Notes under the pieces: model-generated
The model's input: the letters and a program-made list of their open reading frames with translations, nothing else
The model's database searches: none
Told to the model about the DNA's origin: nothing
Position numbers and translations under genes: made by a program
Part shown: positions 8,731 through 19,609 of the stretch, piece after piece
Position numbering within the stretch: position 1 is the stretch's first letter
Layout: the number at the start of each line of letters is the position of its first letter
Assembly (NCBI RefSeq): GCF_001677475.2
Contig: NZ_CP015229.1
Source: Escherichia coli
GTDB lineage: Bacteria; Pseudomonadota; Gammaproteobacteria; Enterobacterales; Enterobacteriaceae
Strand: one strand, 5' to 3'
DNA length: 64,000 nucleotides

Positions 8731-10954
8731 TTTCGGACTCCAGTTGCGCAACCTGTTCTGTGTTTAAACCTGCTTTGAGTAATAGTGATTGCATCGAAAC
8801 TTGTAATTCGCGTTGAATTGTCAGGACGCGATCCAACGTTTCCTGGCTGATAACGCCTTCGGTGACCAAAAACTTGCCGAGCGGCAGAGAACTGCGTTCA
8901 TGGCGCAATAACAACACGTTAATTGCTGAACGATTAATATGACCGAGCGTGGTCAGTATTTCGGCGAACAGGAACTGATGCGGCACATATTGCCGCCAGA
9001 TTTCACCGGCCTGCTGTTCCGTGAGCCACTGATGCTGAACCGCATTGTACAACATTGCCCGCGGATCGTGACCGCGTCGGCGTGCATACCAGTGACGTAA
9101 CCCCGTGACAATTTGTCCGCGCAGAACAATGACGTAACGCACTTTGCGTCCGACTTTACGCGTCAGGGCTGCCAGCGAAACCGGGTCAATACCATCTTCA
9201 CTGCCGACAATTAACTCATCATTTTCCAGACGCAGCGGCAGTACTGCATAATGCAGCGCCACGGAAGCCGGCATTTCGGCAATCAGTGATGAAGGGATCT
9301 GCCAGGCGTCGATGGATTCCCACGCCACGCCGTTTTGCTCTGCCAGCGCCTGTGCCAGTTGCTCGGCGCTAATCAGCCCCTGCATCAGCATTGAACCGCC
9401 CAGGCGTAGACCTTCGACGCGATTACGCAGTGCTGTATCGAGTTGTTCTTCAGTGATGACCTGATTTTCCAGCAGAATTTGGCCTAACGGGCGCAACGAG
9501 CGGGTATCGCCAGTCACGCTGGGGAAGTCATGCGTTGTTTTATCCCACGCGACGCGACGTGGATCGCCGTGTTGAAGTACCTGTTTTAACGCGCGCCAGT
9601 TGGCCATGAAGTTAATCAGGTTGCCCCAGAAAAGACGCAGGACAGATAGCAGCCCCTGCGTCAGACCGTAGTAGCCAGTGACAAAAATCACCCGCTGCAC
9701 GATGCGGTTAACCATCAAACCAAAGTTTAGCCACAGCAGGGTCATTAACCATGCGCTGCCGCTGAAAATAGAAAGGAAATGCCAGGCATCGGGCCACAAA
9801 CTTTCATACGCCAGTAACAGCAAAAGCTGGATCATCACCAGCATCGCGAGGAAGCTGACAAAGTTACTGATTGCCCCTTTGCGGTCGCGCCAGAGAAAGT
9901 AGTTCAGCGTCAGGCTGGAGGTCCATTTGTGGGTTTTAAAGCCCTGGAAAACAATGCCGATGATCCAGCGAGATTTTTGTCGAACCGCAGTCGAAAAGGT
10001 ATCGGGGAAATATTCGCGCACGCAGATCATGTTTGACGTCCGCGCGTGCTGTAAAAATTTACGCTGCTCGCGTTCTTTGGCTTCGTCCACCACCGGAAAA
10101 CGGACAAAAATTTCCGTCATACCTTTTTCTTTCAGGCGGAAACCAATGTCGTAATCTTCAGTAAGACTCTGCACGTCGAAAGCAATACCGTCACCGTCAG
10201 CTAACAGTGCGGTCACGGCGCGGCGGCTGAAACAGGTACCGACGCCTGCGCTGGGCACTTGTCCGGCGAGGGCTTCACGCACCGGAACATCTTTGCCATG
10301 CAGTTCTGAAAACTCATCAATGTAAGTCATGCTGGTGAAGTGCGTCCATTCGCGTTCGAACGGATACACCGGGATCTGAATCAGATCTTTACGCTCGACC
10401 AGATAGTTGAACAGACGCAATTCCATCGGTGAAATTACGTCTTCGGCGTCATGCAGAATAAAACCAGCAAAAGCGAAATTGGCGCTACGCTCAAACTGGG
10501 TGATGGCGTCCAGCACGTTGTTCAGGCAGTCGGCTTTGCTGGTGGGGCCAGGACGCGCGCAGACTACCTTATGCACATTCGGGAAGCGAGCGCACACTTC
10601 GTCAACATCACGCTGAGTATCGGGGTCGTTGGGGTAGGTGCCAACAAAGATATGATAGTTTTCGTAGTCGAGCGTGGTCGCCGCCAGCTCGGCCATATTG
10701 CCGATGACGCCCGTTTCATTCCACGCCGGAACCATAATCGCTAACGGTTTTTCATCTGGTTTATACAGTTCGCGGTAACTCATTCTCGGGTAGCGGCGAT
10801 AAACACTCAACTTGCGTTTAATGCGGCGTACCCAGTAGACGACATCAATAAAAAAATCGTCCAGCCCGCTGATGAACATGATGACCGCTAACGTTATCGC
10901 GATTACTTTTAAGCCGTAGAGCCAGGTAGCAAAAACATCAAGAAGCCAGTCCAC
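8717..10954 (-). CDS. nfrB: Bacteriophage N4 adsorption protein B (inner membrane glycosyltransferase-like)
   Basis: 745-aa ORF; membrane N-terminus; recalled NfrB; upstream of nfrA in same orientation. Confidence 0.9.
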   Translation of the reverse strand: MDWLLDVFATWLYGLKVIAITLAVIMFISGLDDFFIDVVYWVRRIKRKLSVYRRYPRMSYRELYKPDEKPLAIMVPAWNETGVIGNMAELAATTLDYENYHIFVGTYPNDPDTQRDVDEVCARFPNVHKVVCARPGPTSKADCLNNVLDAITQFERSANFAFAGFILHDAEDVISPMELRLFNYLVERKDLIQIPVYPFEREWTHFTSMTYIDEFSELHGKDVPVREALAGQVPSAGVGTCFSRRAVTALLADGDGIAFDVQSLTEDYDIGFRLKEKGMTEIFVRFPVVDEAKEREQRKFLQHARTSNMICVREYFPDTFSTAVRQKSRWIIGIVFQGFKTHKWTSSLTLNYFLWRDRKGAISNFVSFLAMLVMIQLLLLLAYESLWPDAWHFLSIFSGSAWLMTLLWLNFGLMVNRIVQRVIFVTGYYGLTQGLLSVLRLFWGNLINFMANWRALKQVLQHGDPRRVAWDKTTHDFPSVTGDTRSLRPLGQILLENQVITEEQLDTALRNRVEGLRLGGSMLMQGLISAEQLAQALAEQNGVAWESIDAWQIPSSLIAEMPASVALHYAVLPLRLENDELIVGSEDGIDPVSLAALTRKVGRKVRYVIVLRGQIVTGLRHWYARRRGHDPRAMLYNAVQHQWLTEQQAGEIWRQYVPHQFLFAEILTTLGHINRSAINVLLLRHERSSLPLGKFLVTEGVISQETLDRVLTIQRELQVSMQSLLLKAGLNTEQVAQLESENEGE

Positions 10955-11103
10955 ACAAAAACCTTACATTAACGCTGGTTATGTTTAGGGTGGCGTATAT
11001 TAAGGTTTTTTATGAATTGTGACAGCTTTTTACCATTAATAGGTATGACTATTGCGGCACGTTATTTTTACACTGGTTATAAAAGTTGCCGTTTGCTGAA
11101 TAA

Positions 11104-12546
11104 TTAAGCGGGTAATGTGATAATAAACCTTGTCCCCCGCGCATCTGACGTTACTGCAACCGTGCCTTTATGCGCGACAACTATCGATTTCACTATCGCC
11201 AGACCAATGCCGCTACCTTCGCCTTTTCGCTGACGGGAGGGGTCAACGCGGTAGAAACGGTCAAACAATCGCGGTAAGTGCTCGGGCGCAATGGGCGTAC
11301 CGGGGTTTTCGACGGTAACTTGCACCTGGTGATCGACCGTCTGGCAGCGCACTACAATTGCCTCTCCGGGTGGCGTATAACGCAGGGCATTAGAAAGCAG
11401 GTTGCTTAACGCCCGACGCAGCATCAGCGGATCGCCCGCAACCTGACATTCGTCGCCAACAAACCGCAACTCCACGCCGCGATCTTCCGCTAACGCCTCG
11501 AAAAAATCGAACACTTTGCCGACTTCATCTGCCAGGTTGAGCATTTTCTTTTCGGGGATTAACTGGTTGTTATCGGCCTGGGCGAGAAACAGCATATCGC
11601 TGACCATTTTCGCCATTCGCGTCAGCTCTTCGAGATTTGAGTAGAGCACATCTTCCAGCTCCTTCTGGCTGCGCGACTGGCTGAGGGCGATTTCCGTTTG
11701 CGTTATGAGATTTGTAATCGGTGTACGAATTTCGTGAGCGATATCGGCTGAGAAATTGGACTGGCGGGTAAAGACATCCTCAATACGCTCGATCATATGG
11801 TTGAACGACAGTACCAGCTGTTCCAGCTCAATTGGCACGGTCTGCGGGTCGAGGCGTACGTCGAGATCTTTCGAGGTGATATTCTGGATTTGACGGCTGA
11901 CGCTGCGGATCGGCGCGTGACCTTTATGTACCGCCAACAGTACGATAAAGACGATCAGGATGCTGATGATCGATGCGGTCATAATAAGTTTATTCATCAA
12001 ATCATTTATGTAATGAAGATGAAAATCGATCGAAAGTGCGATGTAGAGCGTATAAATCGGTTTGCCGTCCACCAACGGGCCAACCGGCATGTTAATCATC
12101 CGCCAGTTGCTGTGTTCCATATGCCCGTGACCGTGGCCTGGCATCATAATCGTCGGGCCGGAAAGGAGATACACCTCGCCGCCCCGCGCGTCTTTATCGG
12201 GTATGGCGTCACGCGTAAACTCGCGGATATCCGGCGCACCGGGGGAGTGATACACCGTTTTGCCGTGGCTATCTGCCAGGGAAATCAACACGTTGGAATA
12301 ACCACTGACAATATCTTCCAGCGTCATTAAGCGTCGGGCTTGTGTCTCTTCGGGATGATTAAGAACGCGCTTGAGTGTGGCGCTAATCTCTTTTAAATCA
12401 TTAATATCCTGCTCGGCAAAATGCACTTTTACTGAGTGGATCATGATCCATGCAAAGGCGAAAAACGCCGCGATGGTGGCCAGGCTGATAAAAAAGGTCA
12501 GGCGGGTTGCCAGCGAAAACGGGCGCTGAAATGGCTTACTGACCAT
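11104..12546 (-). CDS. cusS: Copper/silver-sensing histidine kinase CusS
   Basis: Start trimmed to [10 protein letters not shown] (cat at 12544..12546); HAMP/HisKA/HATPase layout; overlaps cusR by 11 nt. Confidence 0.9.
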   Translation of the reverse strand: MVSKPFQRPFSLATRLTFFISLATIAAFFAFAWIMIHSVKVHFAEQDINDLKEISATLKRVLNHPEETQARRLMTLEDIVSGYSNVLISLADSHGKTVYHSPGAPDIREFTRDAIPDKDARGGEVYLLSGPTIMMPGHGHGHMEHSNWRMINMPVGPLVDGKPIYTLYIALSIDFHLHYINDLMNKLIMTASIISILIVFIVLLAVHKGHAPIRSVSRQIQNITSKDLDVRLDPQTVPIELEQLVLSFNHMIERIEDVFTRQSNFSADIAHEIRTPITNLITQTEIALSQSRSQKELEDVLYSNLEELTRMAKMVSDMLFLAQADNNQLIPEKKMLNLADEVGKVFDFFEALAEDRGVELRFVGDECQVAGDPLMLRRALSNLLSNALRYTPPGEAIVVRCQTVDHQVQVTVENPGTPIAPEHLPRLFDRFYRVDPSRQRKGEGSGIGLAIVKSIVVAHKGTVAVTSDARGTRFIITLPA

Positions 12547-13219
12547 CCGGCACCTCAAGCATGTAACCCACGCCGCGCACGGTTTGAATCAGCTTCGGCT
12601 CAAAGTCGTTGTCGATTTTGCCGCGTAGCCGCTTCACCGCCACATCAATGGCGTTAGTGTCGCTGTCGAAATTCATGTCCCATACCTGCGAGGCGATAAG
12701 CGAGCGGGGCAGCACTTCGCCCTGATGGCGAAGGAAAAACTCCAGCAGAGTAAATTCTTTACTGGTCAGAGTGATGCGCGTGCCGCTGCGGGTGACTTTG
12801 CGGCTGACGAGATCGACCATCAGGTCGGCAACCTGAAACTGACTTTCGATAATTACCGCCGCCCCGCGCCGCATTAAAGTGCGCACCCGCGCCAGCAGTT
12901 CAGCAAAAGCGAACGGCTTCACCAGATAGTCATCCGCCCCCAACTCCAGCCCCTTGACGCGATGTTCAATGGTGCCAAGCGCGGTAAGCAACAGAATCGG
13001 CATCCCTTTATTGGCGGAACGTAACATGCGCACGATATCCCAGCCGTTCACGTCCGGCAGCATAATATCGAGGATTATCAGATCATAATCACCGGTCATC
13101 GCCAGATGGTAGCCATTCAACCCGTTGTCGGCCAAATCGACCACAAAACCGGCTTCGGTTAACCCTTTGGTCAAGTATTCTCCGGTTTTCTTTTCATCTT
13201 CGACAATCAACAGTTTCAT
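12536..13219 (-). CDS. cusR: OmpR-family response regulator CusR
   Basis: 227-aa [19 protein letters not shown]...; receiver plus winged-helix domains. Confidence 0.95.
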   Translation of the reverse strand: MKLLIVEDEKKTGEYLTKGLTEAGFVVDLADNGLNGYHLAMTGDYDLIILDIMLPDVNGWDIVRMLRSANKGMPILLLTALGTIEHRVKGLELGADDYLVKPFAFAELLARVRTLMRRGAAVIIESQFQVADLMVDLVSRKVTRSGTRITLTSKEFTLLEFFLRHQGEVLPRSLIASQVWDMNFDSDTNAIDVAVKRLRGKIDNDFEPKLIQTVRGVGYMLEVPDGQ

Positions 13220-13284
13220 ATTTCCTCCGCATGTTGCCCGGGCAATTCTAGAGTAGCGGGATCAGATGGCAATCGCTTATTGGC

Positions 13285-13306
13285 AAAATGACAATTTTGT
13301 CATTTT
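13285..13306. promoter_or_regulatory. CusR-box palindrome in cusR-cusC divergent promoter region
   Basis: Perfect inverted repeat AAAATGACAA-TT-TTGTCATTTT between cusR start (13219) and cusC start (13376). Confidence 0.7.
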
Positions 13307-13375
13307 CCTGTCACCGGAAAATCAGAGCCTGGCGAGTAAAGTTGGCGGCATAAAATCACCAGAAATTATGAGCCT

Positions 13376-14755
13376 ATGTCTCCTTGTAAACTTCTGCCAT
13401 TTTGTGTGGCCCTTGCGCTAACCGGTTGTTCACTGGCACCGGATTATCAGCACCCGGCAATGCCCGTGCCGCAGCAGTTCTCACTCAACCAGAACGGCCT
13501 GGTTAACGCAGCAGATAACTACCAGAACGCGGGCTGGCGCACCTTTTTTGTTGATAATCAGGTGAAGACGCTGATTAGCGAGGCGCTGGTGAATAACCGG
13601 GATTTGCGCATGGCGACGCTGAAAGTGCAGGAAGCGCGGGCGCAATATCGTCTGACCGATGCCGACCGCTACCCACAGCTCAATGGCGAGGGCAGCGGCA
13701 GCTGGAGCGGCAATCTTAAAGGCGATTCAGCCACGACGCGGGAGTTCTCGACTGGCCTTAACGCCAGCTTTGATCTCGATTTTTTCGGTCGCTTAAAGAA
13801 CATGAGCGAAGCCGAGCGACAAAATTATTTAGCCACTGAGGAAGCTCAGCGCGCGGTGCATATTCTGCTGGTTTCTAATGTCGCGCAAAGCTATTTCAAT
13901 CAGCAGCTGGCGTATGCGCAATTGCAAATAGCCGAAGAAACGCTGCGTAATTATCAGCAGTCATATGCGTTTGTCGAAAAACAACTGTTGACCGGTAGCA
14001 GCAATGTTCTGGCGCTGGAACAGGCTCGCGGGGTGATTGAAAGTACCCGCAGCGACATCGCTAAACGTCAGGGGGAACTGGCGCAGGCGAATAATGCATT
14101 GCAACTGTTATTGGGAAGCTACGGCAAGCTGCCGCAAGCGCAGATAGTAAACAGCGACAGCCTGCAAAGCGTTAAATTACCGGCGGGCTTGTCGTCGCAA
14201 ATCTTATTGCAGCGCCCGGATATTATGGAAGCTGAACACGCGTTAATGGCGGCTAATGCCAACATTGGCGCTGCGCGTGCGGCATTTTTCCCGTCTATAA
14301 GCCTGACCAGCGGAATATCGACCGCCAGCAGCGATCTGTCGTCATTATTTAACGCCAGCAGCGGGATGTGGAATTTTATTCCCAAAATTGAGATCCCCAT
14401 TTTTAATGCCGGACGCAACCAGGCCAATCTGGATATCGCCGAAATTCGCCAGCAGCAGTCGGTGGTGAATTATGAACAGAAAATCCAGAATGCTTTTAAA
14501 GAAGTGGCAAATGCGCTGGCATTACGTCAAAGCCTGAACGATCAAATCAGCGCCCAGCAGCGTTATCTGGCGTCGCTGCAAATTACCCTGCAACGGGCGC
14601 GGGCATTATATCAGCACGGCGCAGTAAGTTATCTGGAAGTGCTGGATGCCGAACGTTCTTTATTTGCAACCCGACAAACTTTACTTGACCTGAATTATGC
14701 CCGTCAGGTTAACGAAATTTCTTTATATGCCGCACTTGGTGGCGGTTGGCAGTAG
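13376..14755 (+). CDS. cusC: Outer membrane factor of Cus efflux system (TolC-like lipoprotein)
   Basis: ATG at 13376; lipobox LALTGCS; 459-aa ORF. Confidence 0.95.
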   Translation: MSPCKLLPFCVALALTGCSLAPDYQHPAMPVPQQFSLNQNGLVNAADNYQNAGWRTFFVDNQVKTLISEALVNNRDLRMATLKVQEARAQYRLTDADRYPQLNGEGSGSWSGNLKGDSATTREFSTGLNASFDLDFFGRLKNMSEAERQNYLATEEAQRAVHILLVSNVAQSYFNQQLAYAQLQIAEETLRNYQQSYAFVEKQLLTGSSNVLALEQARGVIESTRSDIAKRQGELAQANNALQLLLGSYGKLPQAQIVNSDSLQSVKLPAGLSSQILLQRPDIMEAEHALMAANANIGAARAAFFPSISLTSGISTASSDLSSLFNASSGMWNFIPKIEIPIFNAGRNQANLDIAEIRQQQSVVNYEQKIQNAFKEVANALALRQSLNDQISAQQRYLASLQITLQRARALYQHGAVSYLEVLDAERSLFATRQTLLDLNYARQVNEISLYAALGGGWQ

Positions 14756-14781
14756 TAATTTTTAACTCCAGGAGAGAATAA

Positions 14782-15114
14782 ATGAAAAAAGCACTGCAAG
14801 TCGCAATGTTCAGTCTGTTTACCGTTATTGGCTTTAATGCCCAGGCTAACGAACATCATCATGAAACCATGAGCGAAGCACAACCACAGGTTATTAGCGC
14901 CACTGGCGTGGTAAAAGGTATTGATCTGGAAAGCAAAAAAATCACCATCCATCACGATCCGATTGCTGCCGTGAACTGGCCGGAGATGACCATGCGCTTT
15001 ACCATCACCCCGCAGACGAAGATGGGCGAAATAAAAACCGGCGACAAAGTGGCGTTTAATTTTGTCCAGCAGGGCAACCTTTCTTTATTACAGGATATTA
15101 AAGTCAGCCAGTAA
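14782..15114 (+). CDS. cusF: Periplasmic copper/silver chaperone CusF
   Basis: 110-aa ORF with signal peptide; RBS aggaga upstream. Confidence 0.95.
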   Translation: MKKALQVAMFSLFTVIGFNAQANEHHHETMSEAQPQVISATGVVKGIDLESKKITIHHDPIAAVNWPEMTMRFTITPQTKMGEIKTGDKVAFNFVQQGNLSLLQDIKVSQ

Positions 15115-15129
15115 CCCAGGTTTAATGAG

Positions 15130-16353
15130 ATGAAAAAAATCGCGCTTATTATCGGCAGCATGATCGCGGGCGGTATTATTTCTGCGGCAGGTTTTACCTG
15201 GTTTGCAAAGGCTGAACCGCTAGTGGAAAAAACGCCGACCGCAGAACGTAAAATCTTATTCTGGTACGACCCGATGTATCCCAATACGCGGTTCGATAAA
15301 CCAGGTAAATCGCCGTTTATGGATATGGATCTGGTGCCGAAATATGCCGATGAAGAGAGTTCTGCGTCTGGTGTACGCATTGACCCGACCCAGACACAGA
15401 ATCTGGGGGTGAAAACGGCTACCGTCACGCGCGGGCCGCTGACTTTTGCCCAGAGTTTCCCGGCGAATGTCAGTTACAACGAGTATAAGTATGCCATTGT
15501 GCAGGCTCGCGCTGCCGGGTTTATCGATAAGGTGTATCCGCTTACCGTGGGCGATAAAGTACAAAAGGGCACACCGCTTCTCGACCTGACCATTCCCGAC
15601 TGGGTGGAAGCGCAGAGTGAGTATTTACTGCTGCGCGAAACCGGCGGTACGGCGACCCAGACTGAAGGCATTCTTGAGCGACTGCGACTGGCGGGAATGC
15701 CGGAAGCTGATATTCGCCGCCTGATCGCCACGCAAAAAATCCAGACTCGCTTTACGCTCAAATCGCCCATTGATGGCGTGATCACCGCGTTTGATCTGCG
15801 CGCGGGAATGAATATCGCCAAAGATAACGTGGTCGCGAAAATTCAGGGTATGGACCCGGTGTGGGTCACTGCTGCGATCCCGGAGTCCATCGCCTGGCTG
15901 GTGAAAGATGCCTCGCAGTTTACGCTCACCGTTCCGGCACGACCGGATAAAACACTCACCATCCGCAAATGGACGCTGCTACCCGGCGTGGATGCCGCAA
16001 CCCGCACGCTGCAGCTGCGCCTGGAAGTCGACAACACCGACGAGGCGCTAAAGCCGGGAATGAACGCCTGGTTGCAACTCAACACCGCCAGCGAACCGAT
16101 GCTGCTCATTCCGTCACAAGCGCTGATTGATACCGGCAGCGAACAGCGGGTGATTACCGTTGATGCCGACGGGCGCTTTGTACCGAAACGTGTTGCCGTT
16201 TTCCAGGCATCGCAAGGCGTCACCGCGTTACGCTCTGGTCTGGCGGAAGGTGAAAAGGTGGTTTCCAGCGGCCTGTTCCTGATCGATTCCGAAGCCAATA
16301 TTTCTGGCGCACTGGAGCGAATGCGCTCTGAAAGTGCTACCCATGCGCATTGA
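15130..16353 (+). CDS. cusB: Membrane fusion protein CusB
   Basis: 407-aa ORF. Confidence 0.95.
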   Translation: MKKIALIIGSMIAGGIISAAGFTWFAKAEPLVEKTPTAERKILFWYDPMYPNTRFDKPGKSPFMDMDLVPKYADEESSASGVRIDPTQTQNLGVKTATVTRGPLTFAQSFPANVSYNEYKYAIVQARAAGFIDKVYPLTVGDKVQKGTPLLDLTIPDWVEAQSEYLLLRETGGTATQTEGILERLRLAGMPEADIRRLIATQKIQTRFTLKSPIDGVITAFDLRAGMNIAKDNVVAKIQGMDPVWVTAAIPESIAWLVKDASQFTLTVPARPDKTLTIRKWTLLPGVDAATRTLQLRLEVDNTDEALKPGMNAWLQLNTASEPMLLIPSQALIDTGSEQRVITVDADGRFVPKRVAVFQASQGVTALRSGLAEGEKVVSSGLFLIDSEANISGALERMRSESATHAH

Positions 16354-16364
16354 GGGAATAGCCA

Positions 16365-19300
16365 ATGATTGAATGGATTATTCGTCGCTCGGTGGCGAAC
16401 CGTTTTCTGGTGCTGATGGGCGCGTTGTTTCTGAGTATCTGGGGCACCTGGACCATCATTAACACGCCAGTGGATGCACTGCCGGATCTCTCTGATGTAC
16501 AGGTGATTATTAAAACCAGCTATCCCGGTCAGGCACCGCAAATCGTTGAAAATCAGGTGACTTATCCGCTAACCACCACCATGTTGTCGGTGCCTGGCGC
16601 GAAGACTGTGCGCGGTTTCTCGCAGTTTGGCGACTCTTATGTGTATGTCATTTTCGAAGATGGCACCGATCCGTACTGGGCGCGCTCGCGGGTGCTGGAG
16701 TACCTCAACCAGGTACAGGGTAAGCTGCCTGCGGGAGTCAGCGCCGAGCTGGGGCCAGATGCCACGGGTGTTGGCTGGATCTATGAATATGCACTGGTGG
16801 ATCGCAGCGGTAAGCACGATCTGGCCGATTTACGCTCATTGCAGGACTGGTTTCTCAAATATGAGCTAAAAACCATCCCTGACGTTGCGGAAGTGGCGTC
16901 GGTGGGCGGTGTGGTGAAAGAGTATCAGGTGGTTATCGATCCTCAGCGCCTGGCGCAGTATGGCATCAGTCTCGCCGAAGTAAAAAGCGCGCTGGATGCT
17001 TCAAACCAGGAAGCGGGCGGTTCGTCGATCGAACTGGCGGAAGCGGAATATATGGTGCGCGCCAGCGGCTATCTGCAAACGCTTGACGACTTTAATCACA
17101 TCGTTTTAAAAGCCAGTGAAAATGGCGTGCCCGTTTATCTGTGTGATGTTGCGAAGGTCCAGATTGGCCCGGAGATGCGCCGGGGCATTGCCGAACTAAA
17201 CGGCGAAGGCGAAGTGGCGGGCGGGGTGGTGATCCTGCGCTCCGGCAAAAACGCCCGAGAAGTGATCGCCGCCGTGAAGGACAAACTGGAAACGCTGAAA
17301 AGTAGTCTGCCGGAAGGCGTGGAGATAGTTACAACATACGATCGCAGCCAGCTCATTGACCGCGCCATCGACAACCTCAGCGGCAAGTTGCTGGAAGAGT
17401 TTATTGTGGTGGCGGTAGTCTGTGCGCTGTTTCTCTGGCATGTGCGCTCGGCGCTGGTGGCGATTATTTCGTTGCCGCTGGGGTTGTGTATTGCTTTTAT
17501 TGTCATGCACTTTCAGGGACTGAACGCCAATATTATGTCGCTGGGCGGTATTGCGATTGCCGTCGGGGCGATGGTCGATGCTGCTATCGTCATGATCGAG
17601 AATGCGCATAAACGGCTGGAAGAGTGGCAGCACCAGCATCCTGACGCCACGCTGGATAATAAAACGCGCTGGCAGGTGATTACCGATGCGTCTGTTGAAG
17701 TGGGTCCGGCGCTGTTTATCAGTCTGCTGATTATCACACTGTCGTTTATCCCGATCTTCACCCTGGAAGGGCAGGAAGGGCGTCTGTTTGGCCCGCTGGC
17801 GTTCACCAAAACGTATGCGATGGCGGGCGCGGCGCTGCTGGCGATCGTGGTGATCCCGATCCTGATGGGCTACTGGATCCGTGGCAAAATTCCGCCAGAA
17901 AGCAGTAACCCGCTCAATCGCTTTTTGATTCGTGCTTATCATCCGCTGTTGCTGAAAGTACTGCACTGGCCAAAAACCACGCTGCTGGTGGCAGCGCTTT
18001 CGGTGCTGACGGTTCTCTGGCCGCTCAATAAAGTTGGCGGGGAATTTTTACCGCAGATCAATGAAGGCGACTTGTTGTATATGCCATCGACGCTGCCGGG
18101 GATTTCCGCAGCAGAGGCGGCGAGTATGCTGCAAAAAACCGACAAGCTGATTATGAGCGTACCTGAAGTGGCGCGGGTATTTGGCAAAACCGGGAAAGCG
18201 GAAACCGCCACCGATTCTGCTCCGCTGGAGATGGTAGAAACGACCATCCAGCTTAAGCCACAAGATCAGTGGCGGCCAGGCATGACGATGGGCAAAATCA
18301 TCGAGGAACTGGATAACACCGTGCGGCTGCCGGGGCTGGCGAATCTGTGGGTGCCGCCAATTCGTAACCGTATCGATATGCTCTCGACTGGCATTAAAAG
18401 CCCCATCGGCATTAAAGTTTCCGGCACTGTGCTGGCGGATATCGACGCGATGGCGGAGCAAATTGAAGAAGTGGCACGAACGGTGCCAGGCGTGGCTTCT
18501 GCGCTTGCTGAGCGTCTGGAAGGTGGGCGCTATATCAACGTTGAGATTAACCGTGAAAAAGCCGCGCGTTACGGTATGACGGTGGCGGATGTGCAATTGT
18601 TTGTGACTTCTGCGGTGGGCGGGGCGATGGTTGGCGAAACGGTGGAAGGGATTGCCCGTTATCCGATTAATCTGCGTTATCCGCAAAGCTGGCGCGATAG
18701 TCCGCAGGCACTGCGCCAGTTACCAATTTTGACGCCGATGAAGCAGCAAATTACCCTGGCAGATGTGGCCGACGTTAAAGTCTCTACCGGACCGTCGATG
18801 CTGAAAACCGAGAATGCGCGCCCGACGAGCTGGATTTATATCGATGCCCGCGATCGTGACATGGTGTCGGTGGTTCACGATTTGCAAAAAGCGATAGCTG
18901 AAAAAGTGCAGTTAAAACCGGGCACCAGCGTGGCATTCTCCGGGCAGTTCGAGCTACTGGAGCGCGCCAACCATAAGCTGAAACTCATGGTGCCGATGAC
19001 GTTGATGATCATCTTCGTGCTGTTGTATTTGGCGTTCCGTCGGGTGGGCGAAGCGTTGCTGATTATCAGCAGCGTACCGTTTGCGTTGGTGGGCGGCATC
19101 TGGTTGCTGTGGTGGATGGGCTTTCATCTTTCCGTGGCGACGGGCACTGGCTTTATCGCCCTTGCCGGAGTCGCCGCCGAATTTGGCGTGGTGATGCTGA
19201 TGTATTTACGTCACGCCATAGAGGCCGAGCCGTCGTTGAATAATCCGCAAACATTCAGTGAGCAGAAGCTGGATGAGGCGTTGTATCACGGCGCGGTACT

Positions 19301-19508
19301 GCGCGTGCGTCCGAAAGCAATGACGGTGGCAGTGATTATTGCCGGTCTGCTGCCGATTCTGTGGGGTACGGGAGCAGGTTCAGAGGTGATGAGCCGGATT
19401 GCCGCGCCGATGATTGGCGGCATGATCACCGCGCCTTTGCTGTCGCTGTTTATTATCCCGGCGGCGTATAAGCTGATGTGGCTGCACCGACATCGGGTAC
19501 GGAAATAA
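16365..19508 (+). CDS. cusA: RND heavy-metal efflux pump CusA
   Basis: 1047-aa ORF, RND transporter. Confidence 0.95.
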   Translation: MIEWIIRRSVANRFLVLMGALFLSIWGTWTIINTPVDALPDLSDVQVIIKTSYPGQAPQIVENQVTYPLTTTMLSVPGAKTVRGFSQFGDSYVYVIFEDGTDPYWARSRVLEYLNQVQGKLPAGVSAELGPDATGVGWIYEYALVDRSGKHDLADLRSLQDWFLKYELKTIPDVAEVASVGGVVKEYQVVIDPQRLAQYGISLAEVKSALDASNQEAGGSSIELAEAEYMVRASGYLQTLDDFNHIVLKASENGVPVYLCDVAKVQIGPEMRRGIAELNGEGEVAGGVVILRSGKNAREVIAAVKDKLETLKSSLPEGVEIVTTYDRSQLIDRAIDNLSGKLLEEFIVVAVVCALFLWHVRSALVAIISLPLGLCIAFIVMHFQGLNANIMSLGGIAIAVGAMVDAAIVMIENAHKRLEEWQHQHPDATLDNKTRWQVITDASVEVGPALFISLLIITLSFIPIFTLEGQEGRLFGPLAFTKTYAMAGAALLAIVVIPILMGYWIRGKIPPESSNPLNRFLIRAYHPLLLKVLHWPKTTLLVAALSVLTVLWPLNKVGGEFLPQINEGDLLYMPSTLPGISAAEAASMLQKTDKLIMSVPEVARVFGKTGKAETATDSAPLEMVETTIQLKPQDQWRPGMTMGKIIEELDNTVRLPGLANLWVPPIRNRIDMLSTGIKSPIGIKVSGTVLADIDAMAEQIEEVARTVPGVASALAERLEGGRYINVEINREKAARYGMTVADVQLFVTSAVGGAMVGETVEGIARYPINLRYPQSWRDSPQALRQLPILTPMKQQITLADVADVKVSTGPSMLKTENARPTSWIYIDARDRDMVSVVHDLQKAIAEKVQLKPGTSVAFSGQFELLERANHKLKLMVPMTLMIIFVLLYLAFRRVGEALLIISSVPFALVGGIWLLWWMGFHLSVATGTGFIALAGVAAEFGVVMLMYLRHAIEAEPSLNNPQTFSEQKLDEALYHGAVLRVRPKAMTVAVIIAGLLPILWGTGAGSEVMSRIAAPMIGGMITAPLLSLFIIPAAYKLMWLHRHRVRK

Positions 19509-19609
19509 AAGCAGGATACCCCGTTTAACCGTGTGGATTGTGTCTTGCGACGATGGGCACTAAATGTTAAAAGGTGCCCCTCAACAAAAAAGACACACAG
19601 GGGAAAGGC

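Noticed and set aside
17196-17966. 256-aa minus-strand ORF (plus neighbouring 123-aa, 212-aa and 98-aa ORFs) inside cusA
   Set aside because: Entirely antisense to the well-supported cusA gene; R/H/Q-rich low-complexity translation typical of antisense frames in GC-rich coding DNA; no independent RBS or promoter evidence
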